The position numbers and the translations under genes are program-made. Below the pieces are notes generated by a model. The model saw only the letters and a list, made by a program, of their open reading frames with translations, was not told the origin of the DNA and did not search any database. Source: a virus. Taken from it: 64,000 nucleotides of DNA. Below, piece after piece: positions 1 through 9,580 of this stretch. Location: the UHGV virus genome UHGV-0038496; one strand, written 5' to 3'. Position 1 is the first letter of the stretch. Each line of letters opens with the position of its first letter.

Positions 1-498
1 GTGTGGGCAGAAAAAAGCTGCCTGTTTCTGACCAACATTGATAAGGCAGTACTGAGTCATCTTGCTGACCAGAACAGAATCCAGTTCAAGTGCTACCAGA
101 TTCGTAAGCAGACAAGCTACGAAGATATGCACAGGAACAACTGGTGCGGTGATTCCACACATGTGATCGCCATGGAAGCAGGGTTGCCGTACGACAAGAA
201 CCACAACAGGAACCGGAAGGTGGCAGAGAGTATCAAATTCCTAGAGTCAATCGGCCTTGTGATTAGCAAACCACATGCACGGAGATTAGCGACTATTGAT
301 GAAATATCCACACACGAAGACGTGGAATATTTTCTTCTGCACCCTTCTAAAGACAGAACTTTAAGATCTGTTTTCAGCAGCAGAGCAGGTTTCCTGAAAT
401 GGGTAGAAGAAAACAGAGGTTGTGGATACAGCCAGTTACCTTACCAAGAGCATCATATTGACACGGATGTTCTCTTGTGGTATCCTTGTTACGATTAA
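1..498 (+). CDS. hypothetical protein, possibly 5'-truncated at window edge
   Basis: Open frame from position 1 (GTG); no recognisable motif. Confidence 0.3.
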   Translation: MWAEKSCLFLTNIDKAVLSHLADQNRIQFKCYQIRKQTSYEDMHRNNWCGDSTHVIAMEAGLPYDKNHNRNRKVAESIKFLESIGLVISKPHARRLATIDEISTHEDVEYFLLHPSKDRTLRSVFSSRAGFLKWVEENRGCGYSQLPYQEHHIDTDVLLWYPCYD

Positions 499-515
499 AA
501 ACAGGAGATGGGCTT

Positions 516-914
516 ATGACAAATTTAGGGCAGTACCACAAAATCTACTGGGAGATGACAGAGATAAAATACATCAGAAACAAGAAAGATGGTGGAGTAA
601 TCAGAGTAAAATCTGCACACATTTTAATCTACTCATACCTCCGTAGCTGTTTTGAAAAATATCTCAAAGCTATCAAGTTACGCAAAAACCAAGGTATGAA
701 GGTTGTTCGGGCAGAGTTATGTGAGAAAGCAATGGTTGACAAATCTGTAGTCTGCAAAACTCTTAACGACCTTTCAGATGCTGGGTTGATATCTTTAATG
801 AGTAACTCTGGTAAAAGGGGGTACGTATTCAATTTTGTAGCGGATGTTGAGTCTTTCTACAAAGCAGCAGTTGATGAGGATGGAGAGTCTATCTATGCAG
901 TGGATACAGAGTGA
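516..914 (+). CDS. putative winged-helix DNA-binding protein (possible iteron-binding protein)
   Basis: ATG at 516 preceded by AGGAG; helix-turn-helix-like segment KSVVCKTLNDLSDAGLISL; iteron cluster lies immediately downstream. Confidence 0.45.
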   Translation: MTNLGQYHKIYWEMTEIKYIRNKKDGGVIRVKSAHILIYSYLRSCFEKYLKAIKLRKNQGMKVVRAELCEKAMVDKSVVCKTLNDLSDAGLISLMSNSGKRGYVFNFVADVESFYKAAVDEDGESIYAVDTE

Positions 915-954
915 TTATGACTGGTGCATTTTTGGCGGTTATAACCTCTCATCA

Positions 955-1076
955 GTATGGAAACCATACCGTTTATCGGTATGGAAACCATTCATTATCG
1001 GTATGGAAACCGAAGAAAAAAGTGCGGTTTTATTTTTAAGAATATACCGATAAGAGGCGGTTTTCATACCAATAAG
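955..1076. repeat. iteron-like repeats, core GTATGGAAACC (3 direct copies plus 2 inverted, degenerate copies)
   Basis: Direct copies at 955-965, 973-989, 995-1011; inverted degenerate copies at 1043-1053 and 1059-1076. Confidence 0.55.
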
Positions 1077-1129
1077 AGGTGGAAATCGCCTAAAAACTCC
1101 AGAATTATCTTTATAAATCCTAGGGTTAA

Positions 1130-1460
1130 GTGCTGACAGATCAGATCAGATCAGGGATAGTAACTTCGTTAGCATTCCCTCTAACTCGTTACTATGTAGT
1201 ACTAAGCTCGTACTCTCGCTTACTACCGTAAGCTCGGTACTCACTAAGTACTACCATAAGCAATGTCTTGCTTAATTAATTTATCAATTAATTTTATCAG
1301 TACAAAATCAATCAATAAATTAATTAATCAATCCATTGATACCACTAAGTTCGTTCCTCACTAAGTGGTATACATGCTGATAGCATTCCCTCTATCAGAT
1401 GATACTAAGTTCACACTTCGTATCCACTCGTGTTCACTAAGTATCATTGATCCATTATTG
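1130..1460. repeat. short CACTAAGT-type repeats flanking an AT-rich TTAATTAAT tract
   Basis: Multiple ACTAAG(T/C) copies; AGCATTCCCTCTA present twice (about 1170 and 1385); AT-rich palindromic tract 1260-1330. Confidence 0.4.
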
Positions 1461-1827
1461 CTCAAATTTATTTTTTCTTTTCCCACAAATATGGCGCTCC
1501 TTTTACCGCTCGCTCGCGCTCGGCGGGTCGCGCCTGATCATCGTCTGCTATCAACAAGTGGGCCTGTGGCAACAGAGCTGCCTGAGTTGTGTGGGAAGAT
1601 CACCGACCGTAAGGGAGGTGCTAATGTGGGGATGACGGTGAAAAGCGAAGCTGCCGAGAGGAACCGTCGAATTGTCTGCGCCGCCGCTTCAACCATACCC
1701 AGATACCAGAAATCAGTTTTGAGGCCTCTGGTAGCTTCTGTGGTTAGCTAATAGTGCCTGATGGCTACAGTTGCATTACTAAACTATCAACATCGTTACA
1801 GAGCGTTTGAGAGCGTTTAAATTAGTA

Positions 1828-1856
1828 TTGACAGCAGATGAAAATTATGTTATTGT
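1828..1856 (+). promoter_or_regulatory. sigma70-like promoter (TTGACA, 17 bp spacer, TATTGT)
   Basis: TTGACA at 1828-1833, TATTGT at 1851-1856; upstream of CDS 1898. Confidence 0.5.
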
Positions 1857-1897
1857 TCGCCTACTGGTAAAAGTATGCATGAGAAGAGAGGTGCTAC

Positions 1898-2371
1898 ATG
1901 CAAGACGGTCGTAAAATGCGTGAAGAGAAAATGCTGATCGTTCAGCTTATCCCTAAACCGTTGTGGGGAGTAGCAGGACGTGAAGCTATTGGTCGTAGCT
2001 TGTGGGATAAAGCTCGTAAACGCTGCTATAAAGAAGCAGAGTACAGATGCGAAGTCTGCGGTGGTAAAGGGCCTAAACACCCTGTGGAAGCCCATGAGTT
2101 GTATCTGTTTGAAGATCACAAGATCACCTGTGTGGGGCTGATCGCATTATGCCCAGACTGCCATATGAGCGTGCATCCTGGACGCTGCAACTGCCTCGGC
2201 AGAGATGTTTACCTCAAGGCAAGAAAGCATTTTGCTGACGTAAACTGGTTGACAGAACAGCAGGCACAGGAGTATTATGAAGAGTGTTTCGAAGAGTGGA
2301 GAGAACTAAGCAAGATCAAGATCTGGGAAACTGATTTTTCATGGTTGGAGAATTACGCAAAAGGTAACTAA
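1898..2371 (+). CDS. Cys-rich putative zinc-binding protein
   Basis: CEVCGG ... CPDCH cysteine clusters; GAGAGG RBS upstream. Confidence 0.45.
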   Translation: MQDGRKMREEKMLIVQLIPKPLWGVAGREAIGRSLWDKARKRCYKEAEYRCEVCGGKGPKHPVEAHELYLFEDHKITCVGLIALCPDCHMSVHPGRCNCLGRDVYLKARKHFADVNWLTEQQAQEYYEECFEEWRELSKIKIWETDFSWLENYAKGN

Positions 2372-2372
2372 G

Positions 2373-2651
2373 ATGAAACTGAAAGATCTCGAAGGAGACT
2401 TCGTGTTCGGTGGACAATTCGCTGCGCTGAAGGGCATTGTTCAGGATATTGAACACAAGTTTGATGAAAAATTGTACTTTGATACCTGTGTGGTGAATGG
2501 TAGTAACTGGCGTAATGTCTGTGTAGGCCTGCACGGTGATCGTAACTTGATCAACCTTGTGGTGATCCGATTTATCAGCTGGCAACATATGAATGTACGT
2601 TACGATGATTGCCACTTGTTAGTTTACCCTGTTGAGGAGTTACCGGAATGA
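2373..2651 (+). CDS. hypothetical protein
   Basis: ORF directly abutting upstream gene, co-oriented. Confidence 0.4.
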   Translation: MKLKDLEGDFVFGGQFAALKGIVQDIEHKFDEKLYFDTCVVNGSNWRNVCVGLHGDRNLINLVVIRFISWQHMNVRYDDCHLLVYPVEELPE

Positions 2652-2917
2652 AATTTGAACTGATTAAACCGATTGAAGCACACCAGTTTGATGGATCAAG
2701 CACAAGCGTGTCTGAATTGCAACACTGGCATGATACTGAGGTGTTTGTTCGTCATGCTGTACGGACGAGAGATATCCGACCACAAGCCCTCATCTATGAC
2801 GATTTTGGTGGGTATGTCCTCCATCGTGGTGACTGGTTGGTGAATTTCTTCGGGGATTTTTTGGTGATGAGCGATGAATCGATGCACCAGATATTCAAGG
2901 AGGTGGAAGATGCCTAA
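2648..2917 (+). CDS. hypothetical protein
   Basis: ORF with 4-nt overlap to upstream gene. Confidence 0.4.
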   Translation: MKFELIKPIEAHQFDGSSTSVSELQHWHDTEVFVRHAVRTRDIRPQALIYDDFGGYVLHRGDWLVNFFGDFLVMSDESMHQIFKEVEDA

Positions 2918-3203
2918 GGCAAAACAGCCGAAGAAAGCGCCTTTTGATAAAACAGCTTTTGTGTTTGATACCCCGCTCGATGATATTATTGCTGGTATGC
3001 AGAAGCTGTACCGAAAAGCAGAAGAGGAGAAGCTGACAGAGAGTGAGCTGTATTGGCTTGGCTGGTGGGAACTAAATCTTCCGATAGCACAAGCCTACGG
3101 TCTGAAAACAGTCAAAACATGTGCCCAGGAGAACGCTGCTCTCGATATCTACCACAAACGCCGCAGAGCTACGAAGAAAGTGGCAAGGAAATCTGCAAAA
3201 TAG
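2910..3203 (+). CDS. hypothetical basic protein
   Basis: ATG at 2910 preceded by AAGGAGG; Lys-rich termini. Confidence 0.4.
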   Translation: MPKAKQPKKAPFDKTAFVFDTPLDDIIAGMQKLYRKAEEEKLTESELYWLGWWELNLPIAQAYGLKTVKTCAQENAALDIYHKRRRATKKVARKSAK

Positions 3204-3220
3204 GGAGAAGGGGTGTATAG

Positions 3221-3418
3221 ATGTTTGTAAAATGTACGAAAACACCAGCAATAGGTGATTACCTGTTCTCAACAGGTGGTGTTTACTACGCTTACCTCGA
3301 AGGTTGGGACTTAATGGTGGATTCACCCAATGGTGGTCTGGCGATCCGGTTGATAGATCTCGTGGTCGCCGGATACGAGTTCGAGGAAGAAAACGGTGCA
3401 GCTTGCCCGGAGGAGTAA
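3221..3418 (+). CDS. hypothetical protein
   Basis: Small ORF, co-oriented. Confidence 0.35.
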   Translation: MFVKCTKTPAIGDYLFSTGGVYYAYLEGWDLMVDSPNGGLAIRLIDLVVAGYEFEEENGAACPEE

Positions 3419-3437
3419 TCCTCCGGGCTATTTCCAC

Positions 3438-3467
3438 TTGACAATGCATGGATGTTTTGGGTATAAT
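3438..3467 (+). promoter_or_regulatory. sigma70 consensus promoter (TTGACA, 18 bp spacer, TATAAT)
   Basis: TTGACA at 3438-3443 and TATAAT at 3462-3467. Confidence 0.6.
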
Positions 3468-3496
3468 TGATAATCACACAGAATAAGGAGAGTAGC

Positions 3497-3781
3497 ATGT
3501 ACACGTATAGAGTTCACCACCTTGAATCTGATGATATTAAAGAGATTTCTCATGGCCTGAGCACTATGGTAATAGCTCTGAAGCGCAAGAAAGGTCTGCA
3601 TGAGGTTTACATCCAGCCGAACGATGTTCTCCAGCTGGGAGATATGAAAGGGGTTAAAGTGAACCAGGTGGCAGGTGTGGATCAGAAAAGGTTTGTGAAA
3701 GGAAGCAAATGGAACGTAGTCTTCTTGTGTGCAACAAGTGAAGAAGCGTTGTACTACACAGTGACAGAATTTTGGTATTAA
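3497..3781 (+). CDS. hypothetical protein
   Basis: ATG at 3497 preceded by AAGGAG. Confidence 0.45.
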   Translation: MYTYRVHHLESDDIKEISHGLSTMVIALKRKKGLHEVYIQPNDVLQLGDMKGVKVNQVAGVDQKRFVKGSKWNVVFLCATSEEALYYTVTEFWY

Positions 3782-3795
3782 CAGGAGCACCACGC

Positions 3796-5073
3796 ATGAA
3801 TCAAGTAAAAACAACCCTCTATGCACTCAACCGTGACGGAAGCGTACAGCGGTGGAAAGTGTTTACAGAGGGTGAAAAAGTAATAGTTGAGTTCGGTAAG
3901 AAAGACGGTAAAATGCAGTACAAGGAGACGATCTGCAAAGCTAAAAACGTAGGCCGTGCCAATGAGACTACTCCAGAGCAACAGGCCGTTCTGGAAGCAA
4001 CCAGTAAGTGGGAGAAGCAAGTTCGCCTGGGTTATGTTGAAGATGAAAGCAATCTTGTGGTGGAAGAAAATCTGATTCCGATGCTGGTCCATGATTACCT
4101 GAAACGCGGTAAATCACTTATTCTGCCGTGCTGGGGATCACACAAGCTGGATGGTCTGCGGCTGCTGGTAAACTTCGAAGGGGATACTCCTGTGTTTATC
4201 TCACGCGGTAACAAATCGTATCCTATCGAAGGGGACATTATCAAACAACTTAAACAGCTCCGTATCCGCACTGGATTCAGCCGTTTTGACGGTGAGATTT
4301 ACATTCATGGTCTGCCGTTGCAGAAAATAGTGTCTCTGGCGAAACGCTGGCGCACACAGGAAGAAATTCAGGCCGAGATCGATAAAGACTATGCCGCCGA
4401 CATAAAACGCCGTCAGGCAGCGATTAAGGCAGGAAAACCGACGTATCTGAACTTCAACAAAGAAGAGTTTCCTGTTGAAGTCGAACCTGTGCGTGATGAC
4501 ATGCGTTACGGTGGTTACTCAAGCTACGATCTGCAATACCACATCTTCGATATTCCGAGTAACAAAGTATGGTGGGATCCTGAAACAGAGCAAGGGCGTT
4601 GTGCAGATCTTCTTGGCATCAAAGATTTCATTGAAGATCTTGACCACATCTTCACTGCTGAGCCGGAACTGTTCCACACGGTTGAAGAGTGTGAAGAATC
4701 GGTGGGACGCTACATGGCTGAAGGTTATGAAGGTACAGTACTGCGTAATTTCTGTGGTGAATATGAATACGGTCAACGTTCATGTAATGCTTTGAAATGG
4801 AAGAAATTTAACACGGATGAGGCCAAAGTTGTCGGTGCTGAAGAAGATAAAAACGGTGAAGGTGTATTGATTTGCCAGCTGAAAAATGGTAAAGTATTTA
4901 AGTGCAAAATGAAAGGCACACATGGTGAACGGTTGTACTGGAGGATGGCTAATCTGAAAGGTAAATTTATCACGTTTAAGTACCAGGCTCTCACAGAAGA
5001 CGGTCTTCCTAGTTTCCCTACAGGTATAGCGGTACGGGATGTAGACCCAATTACCTGGGAGGTTTTAGAATGA
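3796..5073 (+). CDS. DNA ligase (nucleotidyltransferase motifs I, III, IV, V)
   Basis: Motif I HKLDGLR, FDGEIYIHG, EGYEGTVLRN, ALKWKKF; ATG at 3796 with AGGAGC RBS; ATP- versus NAD-dependence not resolved. Confidence 0.8.
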   Translation: MNQVKTTLYALNRDGSVQRWKVFTEGEKVIVEFGKKDGKMQYKETICKAKNVGRANETTPEQQAVLEATSKWEKQVRLGYVEDESNLVVEENLIPMLVHDYLKRGKSLILPCWGSHKLDGLRLLVNFEGDTPVFISRGNKSYPIEGDIIKQLKQLRIRTGFSRFDGEIYIHGLPLQKIVSLAKRWRTQEEIQAEIDKDYAADIKRRQAAIKAGKPTYLNFNKEEFPVEVEPVRDDMRYGGYSSYDLQYHIFDIPSNKVWWDPETEQGRCADLLGIKDFIEDLDHIFTAEPELFHTVEECEESVGRYMAEGYEGTVLRNFCGEYEYGQRSCNALKWKKFNTDEAKVVGAEEDKNGEGVLICQLKNGKVFKCKMKGTHGERLYWRMANLKGKFITFKYQALTEDGLPSFPTGIAVRDVDPITWEVLE

Positions 5074-5714
5074 AAAAGAGAAATAGAAAACCTGTAGAGT
5101 GGTATTTGTTAGATTTTGACTTTAAATTCAGAGATGGTACATGGTGCAACTGTACTGAAGTTGTTGTAGGTGATAAATCTTACAAAGTTTTAACAAAAGC
5201 AGGTATGATATGGTTTAATATCAAACAGAGAACAAGGTTGGGGTCAGCTTACCAGAAAAATAAGCCCACTTATGCTGGAGTAAAAAATTGTTTTAAGGAT
5301 TTTCAAGATTTTTGTGATTTTTGCCAAACAGCCCCAGGGTATCACATGAAGGATAAGTATGGTAGAAACTATGCTTTAGATAAAGACATTCTTGATAGAA
5401 GTGGTAGAAAAGAGTATAGTAGAGACACCTGTTGCTTTGTTCCTTTGGATGTAAATAATATGTTGTTAACTAGAGGAGGTAAAAAGGCTTCAGACTGTCC
5501 ACCAGGTATATGTATGACTTCTTGTAAAAAATATGTAGTTCGTGATGGTCGTGGTAAAAGCAAAGTCTGTAATACGTTAGAGGAAGCCATAGCTGTTAAA
5601 AATAAGTTAAAAGCCGAGAGAATCTTGAGCAAGGTGGAAAGTGGTTATCTCGATTATGACAAAAGGATAGCTTTGCGTTTAACGGAGATAGCTGAAGATC
5701 TTCTAGGAGGGTAG
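5070..5714 (+). CDS. putative homing endonuclease-like protein (HNH/AP2-like)
   Basis: YALDKDIL ... CCFVPLDVNN segment plus AP2-like C-terminus; overlaps ligase stop. Confidence 0.4.
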   Translation: MKKRNRKPVEWYLLDFDFKFRDGTWCNCTEVVVGDKSYKVLTKAGMIWFNIKQRTRLGSAYQKNKPTYAGVKNCFKDFQDFCDFCQTAPGYHMKDKYGRNYALDKDILDRSGRKEYSRDTCCFVPLDVNNMLLTRGGKKASDCPPGICMTSCKKYVVRDGRGKSKVCNTLEEAIAVKNKLKAERILSKVESGYLDYDKRIALRLTEIAEDLLGG

Positions 5715-5718
5715 TCAA

Positions 5719-6219
5719 ATGGCTATAATAGATCGGATGCCGATGCTGCAAAAAGCATTGCTGTACATACTGATTTTCACGCTGTGTAACATTGCGGTTG
5801 GTGTTTGGGGATGGTTGGTTATCCCGATAACGACTTCTTGCTGTGTTGCTGCAAACATGTTTCTGCGTGACAACGTGATCCACCAGTATGGAGCATTCTG
5901 GTCTATAAGCATGGTGGCAATAGCTGGTATGGTTACAGCAGCTGTATCTCCTGTTGCCACACAGGCCGCGATAGGTTGCTTTGTGGCTGTTGTAGCAAGC
6001 TGCGGCGCTGCTAACATACTTTATAGATTCACAGATAACATAGTGGTTGTTAATATCTGCACTGCTGCTGTAGATGCATTGATATTCAGTCCGGTTGCAT
6101 TCCTGGAGATTATGCCAGGTGTTATGGCTATGCAGTTTGGGGTGAAATGCATTGCGGTTGTGCTGGTTGGGGTACTGATTGCTAAACTTGAACGAAGAGA
6201 GGCTCACAACAATGATTAA
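5719..6219 (+). CDS. multi-pass membrane protein
   Basis: Four to five hydrophobic helices. Confidence 0.45.
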   Translation: MAIIDRMPMLQKALLYILIFTLCNIAVGVWGWLVIPITTSCCVAANMFLRDNVIHQYGAFWSISMVAIAGMVTAAVSPVATQAAIGCFVAVVASCGAANILYRFTDNIVVVNICTAAVDALIFSPVAFLEIMPGVMAMQFGVKCIAVVLVGVLIAKLERREAHNND

Positions 6220-6916
6220 ACTGTACCGTAAGCTGGAAGAACTTTCACTTAGTAATAACTTCGTATGGGCTGCTGACCACGTACGAGACTGGAACCTCAC
6301 TGCTGCACAGGCCAAAGGTGGTAAGTTTACACCTCTGGATCTGCAACTAAGTTTTGTGGAAGAAGAGTTCAACGAGGTGCTGGAAGCAATTGACGAAGGA
6401 AATATTGATCATCTGATGAAAGAGGCTTGTGATCTCTTCGTGGTGACAAGCTATGCCGGATACTTGCTCCGTGAAACATTGGTCTGGAGGGATTTATTCG
6501 AGCGTGACACAGAAAGCAAGTTTGAAATCGGAACGTTTATGCATCTCCTGAGTCGTGCGATGGTTGGTGATCATCAGTCAATGAACGTTGCTAAACTTTG
6601 CCGTATGTCAACTGCTCTGCTGTTCCAGCTCCGTGGCGATACTGAAGGCATGATGAAAAAAGTTCTGGAATCAAACGACAGTAAGTTTGCCACATTACAG
6701 AAACTTCGTGCAGCACACGGTGTTCCTGCTGTGCAGGTAGATATTCCGTCACTGATAGGTTTGGAGCTAAAAGAGTTGACAAACCGCTTCGAAGGGCGTT
6801 ATACTGGTTTCACTTGCTCAGAAGTCGTCTACAAAGGTGAAAAACGCTTCGTCTTCCTTGACGGAAAAGGTAAGATCATGAAGCCTTCGAGCTTTGTAGA
6901 TGTTGATGAACTGTAA
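6212..6916 (+). CDS. MazG-like nucleotide pyrophosphohydrolase domain protein (putative)
   Basis: EEEFNEVLEAIDEGNIDHLMKEACDLF resembles the MazG/HisE EExxE...E..D signature; ATG at 6212. Confidence 0.4.
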   Translation: MIKLYRKLEELSLSNNFVWAADHVRDWNLTAAQAKGGKFTPLDLQLSFVEEEFNEVLEAIDEGNIDHLMKEACDLFVVTSYAGYLLRETLVWRDLFERDTESKFEIGTFMHLLSRAMVGDHQSMNVAKLCRMSTALLFQLRGDTEGMMKKVLESNDSKFATLQKLRAAHGVPAVQVDIPSLIGLELKELTNRFEGRYTGFTCSEVVYKGEKRFVFLDGKGKIMKPSSFVDVDEL

Positions 6917-6975
6917 CAACAATCGCCAGGGCTAGTCCCTGGCTTTGATCGTTGAAACTGCACACGGAGACTACT

Positions 6976-7539
6976 ATGAAAGTGACAGACGATAAAGATC
7001 GTGAAGAACTTGCCAAAAAATACGAAATCCCAGGTAAAACGTTCACATGGACACACGGTTATCAGAGAAACCATTCTGATATTAATGACCGTAAACACCC
7101 TGATTTGTGGTTGAAACCTCCTGTACAAGAGGAGGAGAAGAAACACGAAACAGTTACCCCACGCAAAGATGGTAACTACATTAAGTGTGGTAAATCATCC
7201 ACACAGAAAGAGGGCTATGCCCTTGATGAGGTGTTGCATGATGTAGAAACTGTTGTTGATGAGCGCAAACAGCTGATGCTGCAATGGTATCAGAAAGGTT
7301 TCTTTGATATGCAAGCTATCAGGAAAGTTTGTGATGTTAAGAAATCTCAATACGATGATGACTCATTGCATCGTGCACTAAAACACTACGCAGAGCGCTA
7401 CGGTATGGCTTTGGTTGAACTTGATAAAACAGTACTGTACCCGCTTGAAGCGATTGCTGGCAGGTTTGGTGATGCTTACGGCGAGATGCTTGGCAACGGG
7501 GACGATGTGCTGTTCAATAAAATTTATAGCGGCAAATAA
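6976..7539 (+). CDS. hypothetical protein
   Basis: ATG at 6976 preceded by ACGGAGA. Confidence 0.45.
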   Translation: MKVTDDKDREELAKKYEIPGKTFTWTHGYQRNHSDINDRKHPDLWLKPPVQEEEKKHETVTPRKDGNYIKCGKSSTQKEGYALDEVLHDVETVVDERKQLMLQWYQKGFFDMQAIRKVCDVKKSQYDDDSLHRALKHYAERYGMALVELDKTVLYPLEAIAGRFGDAYGEMLGNGDDVLFNKIYSGK

Positions 7540-7551
7540 CAGGAGGATACT

Positions 7552-8691
7552 TTGAGAGACTACCCATTACTTACCTCTATTGAGGAGTTAAAAGATCTTC
7601 TTGAACCTGATGCTAAAATCTACTACGACTTTGATCAGGTGGCTTATCAGGCTGCTGCAAGCTGTGAGAAACGCACCATCGAGGTCACTCACAAAGCGTC
7701 AGGACACAAGAAAGAGTTCAAGACCAGAACAGAGTTCTGGGGCAGACAGAAAAAAGCTGTAGGTGGTTGGCTGAAAGCTGAGAATGCTAACCGTGAAGCA
7801 CGTTGCAAGAAAGCTGGTAAAGAGTTCGTACCCTGGACCCGCGATGATTTTGATGTGCTGGATATACAGACACCTGAGCCTGTTGAGAATTGCCTCCACA
7901 CACTGAAATGCAAAGCTAACGCAGTGCTCAACCACCTCGGTATCCCAGTTGAAAGATGTGTTGGCGTGCTCGGTGGGGAAGGGAACTTCCGTCTGGATCT
8001 CCCTATGCCGGAACAGTACAAGGCCAACAGGGCTGACATGCTGCGACCCCTGATGCTGCCGGATGCACGTAGATACCTGCGAGAGCACTTCAACGCACAA
8101 GTGATCGACGGTATGGAAGCCGATGACTGGTTGGCAATCCAGCAGTATTCCGGTTGGCTACATTACCAACAGACAGGTAAATTCGACAAACTGGTGATCA
8201 GTATCGATAAAGATCAACGCCAGACTCCTGGCCTGCTGTTTGATCCGATGCGTAATGACAAAGGTGATTTTGTTCGTGAAACACCGATGCTGATCGACGA
8301 TTCCATAGGCCACATCTTCATGAAGCCGAACGGGGATGTTGGTGGCTGGGGCCAGATGTTCTTCCATTACCAAATGTTGTGTGGGGATACCGCTGATAAC
8401 ATCAAACCCTATCAGGGGTTGATTGCTAAAGGCCGTTTTGGTGATGCTTCTGCATTCCAGCTGTTATCCGTATGCGAGAGTGAACTGGAGCTGTGGGAAG
8501 CAACGATCCAGCAGTATAAAGAGTGGTTCCCAGATGGGCGGGTGAAATACACCGACTTCAACGGCATTGATCGGGACATTTCGGTTGGTCAGTGGATGGG
8601 CGTTATTTTCGATGCTGTCTATATGAAGCGTGTTTTCAATGACAAAACTTCTTTATCTTCGACTTTACGTCGAGTGGGGATTATCAAATGA
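7552..8691 (+). CDS. 5'-3' exonuclease / flap endonuclease family protein
   Basis: GMEADDWLA (EADD) and GDTADNIKPYQG (H3TH-like) motifs; TTG start with AGGAGGA RBS. Confidence 0.65.
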   Translation: MRDYPLLTSIEELKDLLEPDAKIYYDFDQVAYQAAASCEKRTIEVTHKASGHKKEFKTRTEFWGRQKKAVGGWLKAENANREARCKKAGKEFVPWTRDDFDVLDIQTPEPVENCLHTLKCKANAVLNHLGIPVERCVGVLGGEGNFRLDLPMPEQYKANRADMLRPLMLPDARRYLREHFNAQVIDGMEADDWLAIQQYSGWLHYQQTGKFDKLVISIDKDQRQTPGLLFDPMRNDKGDFVRETPMLIDDSIGHIFMKPNGDVGGWGQMFFHYQMLCGDTADNIKPYQGLIAKGRFGDASAFQLLSVCESELELWEATIQQYKEWFPDGRVKYTDFNGIDRDISVGQWMGVIFDAVYMKRVFNDKTSLSSTLRRVGIIK

Positions 8692-9020
8692 ATAAAATCG
8701 ATGGCGGTGACTTAGCAATTATGGCAGCAGTGTTCGAAGACGAACATAAAGTTGGTGTAACACAGCTTAAGCCGACGTTCATCGTAGCCACAGGGATGTG
8801 GCGTTTGTACGATGAAAATGACTTTGCTTTCATCCTTTGTACAGATGATTTTGCGAGTGATCGTGTTTTCGCATTGACTCTGAATAAGGATTGTGAGATA
8901 ATTGAGGGTGAAAACTTATGTGTGTTCACCAGTGTGCAGGAAGATGCGACTGGTCCAGCATATTCTCTGGTACTTTTCAAAGAAAAAGCGTGGGATGGTG
9001 AGGAGGTTCCCGAAGAATGA
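8688..9020 (+). CDS. hypothetical protein
   Basis: ORF overlapping neighbours by 4 nt. Confidence 0.4.
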   Translation: MNKIDGGDLAIMAAVFEDEHKVGVTQLKPTFIVATGMWRLYDENDFAFILCTDDFASDRVFALTLNKDCEIIEGENLCVFTSVQEDATGPAYSLVLFKEKAWDGEEVPEE

Positions 9021-9571
9021 AATTCGTAACAGCAGATCTACACCTATTGCATAAAAATATCCTGAATTTTGATTCATCGCAAAAACACAGGGGTATGTAC
9101 AAAGGTAATCTGGACTCCATGCACAGGGGAATTATCACTACGTGGAATGATCAAGTGTCTCCTGATGATACTGTGTTCCTTCTGGGGGACATTTGTTGCG
9201 CTAAGGATAAAGATATCGCACACGATCTGCAATACTTTTTGGATATTATGAACGGTCATATTATTCTTGTCCGTGGGAATCATGATACCGAAACCACAGT
9301 GCGGATCATGAAAGAGTTTGGTCATGAAGTGGTTGACTACTACGAATGCCGGGACTTCGAAGATCTGATCTGCATGAGCCACTACCAGTTTGCTACATGG
9401 AATAAGAAACGCTACGGTGCAAGGCAGCTGTACGGGCATGATCATGGTACGGGGACTGAGTGCTACGGCAGGCAGATGGATTGCGGCTGGGATCTGTGGG
9501 GCAGACTGTTAACGCTGGAGGAGGCCTACAACATGACAGGCGCACTTCCGGTATGGAATAAACATTGTTAA
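9017..9571 (+). CDS. calcineurin-like metallophosphatase (Ser/Thr phosphatase-like)
   Basis: DxH (TADLHL), GD (LLGDI), GNHD (VRGNHDT), GHDHG motifs. Confidence 0.65.
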   Translation: MKFVTADLHLLHKNILNFDSSQKHRGMYKGNLDSMHRGIITTWNDQVSPDDTVFLLGDICCAKDKDIAHDLQYFLDIMNGHIILVRGNHDTETTVRIMKEFGHEVVDYYECRDFEDLICMSHYQFATWNKKRYGARQLYGHDHGTGTECYGRQMDCGWDLWGRLLTLEEAYNMTGALPVWNKHC

Positions 9572-9580
9572 GGAGAACAA

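Noticed and set aside
844-1053. Plus-strand ORF of 69 aa
   Set aside because: Lies entirely on the iteron repeats (its peptide repeats VWKP), has no ribosome-binding site, and is better explained as non-coding repeat DNA.
5596-6372. 258-aa minus-strand ORF overlapping plus-strand genes
   Set aside because: Antisense to well-supported plus-strand genes in a uniformly plus-oriented block; Cys/Ser/His-rich low-complexity translation typical of antisense frames.
7689-8100. Two overlapping minus-strand ORFs of about 133 aa inside the flap endonuclease gene
   Set aside because: Antisense to a motif-supported CDS, with no ribosome-binding sites.
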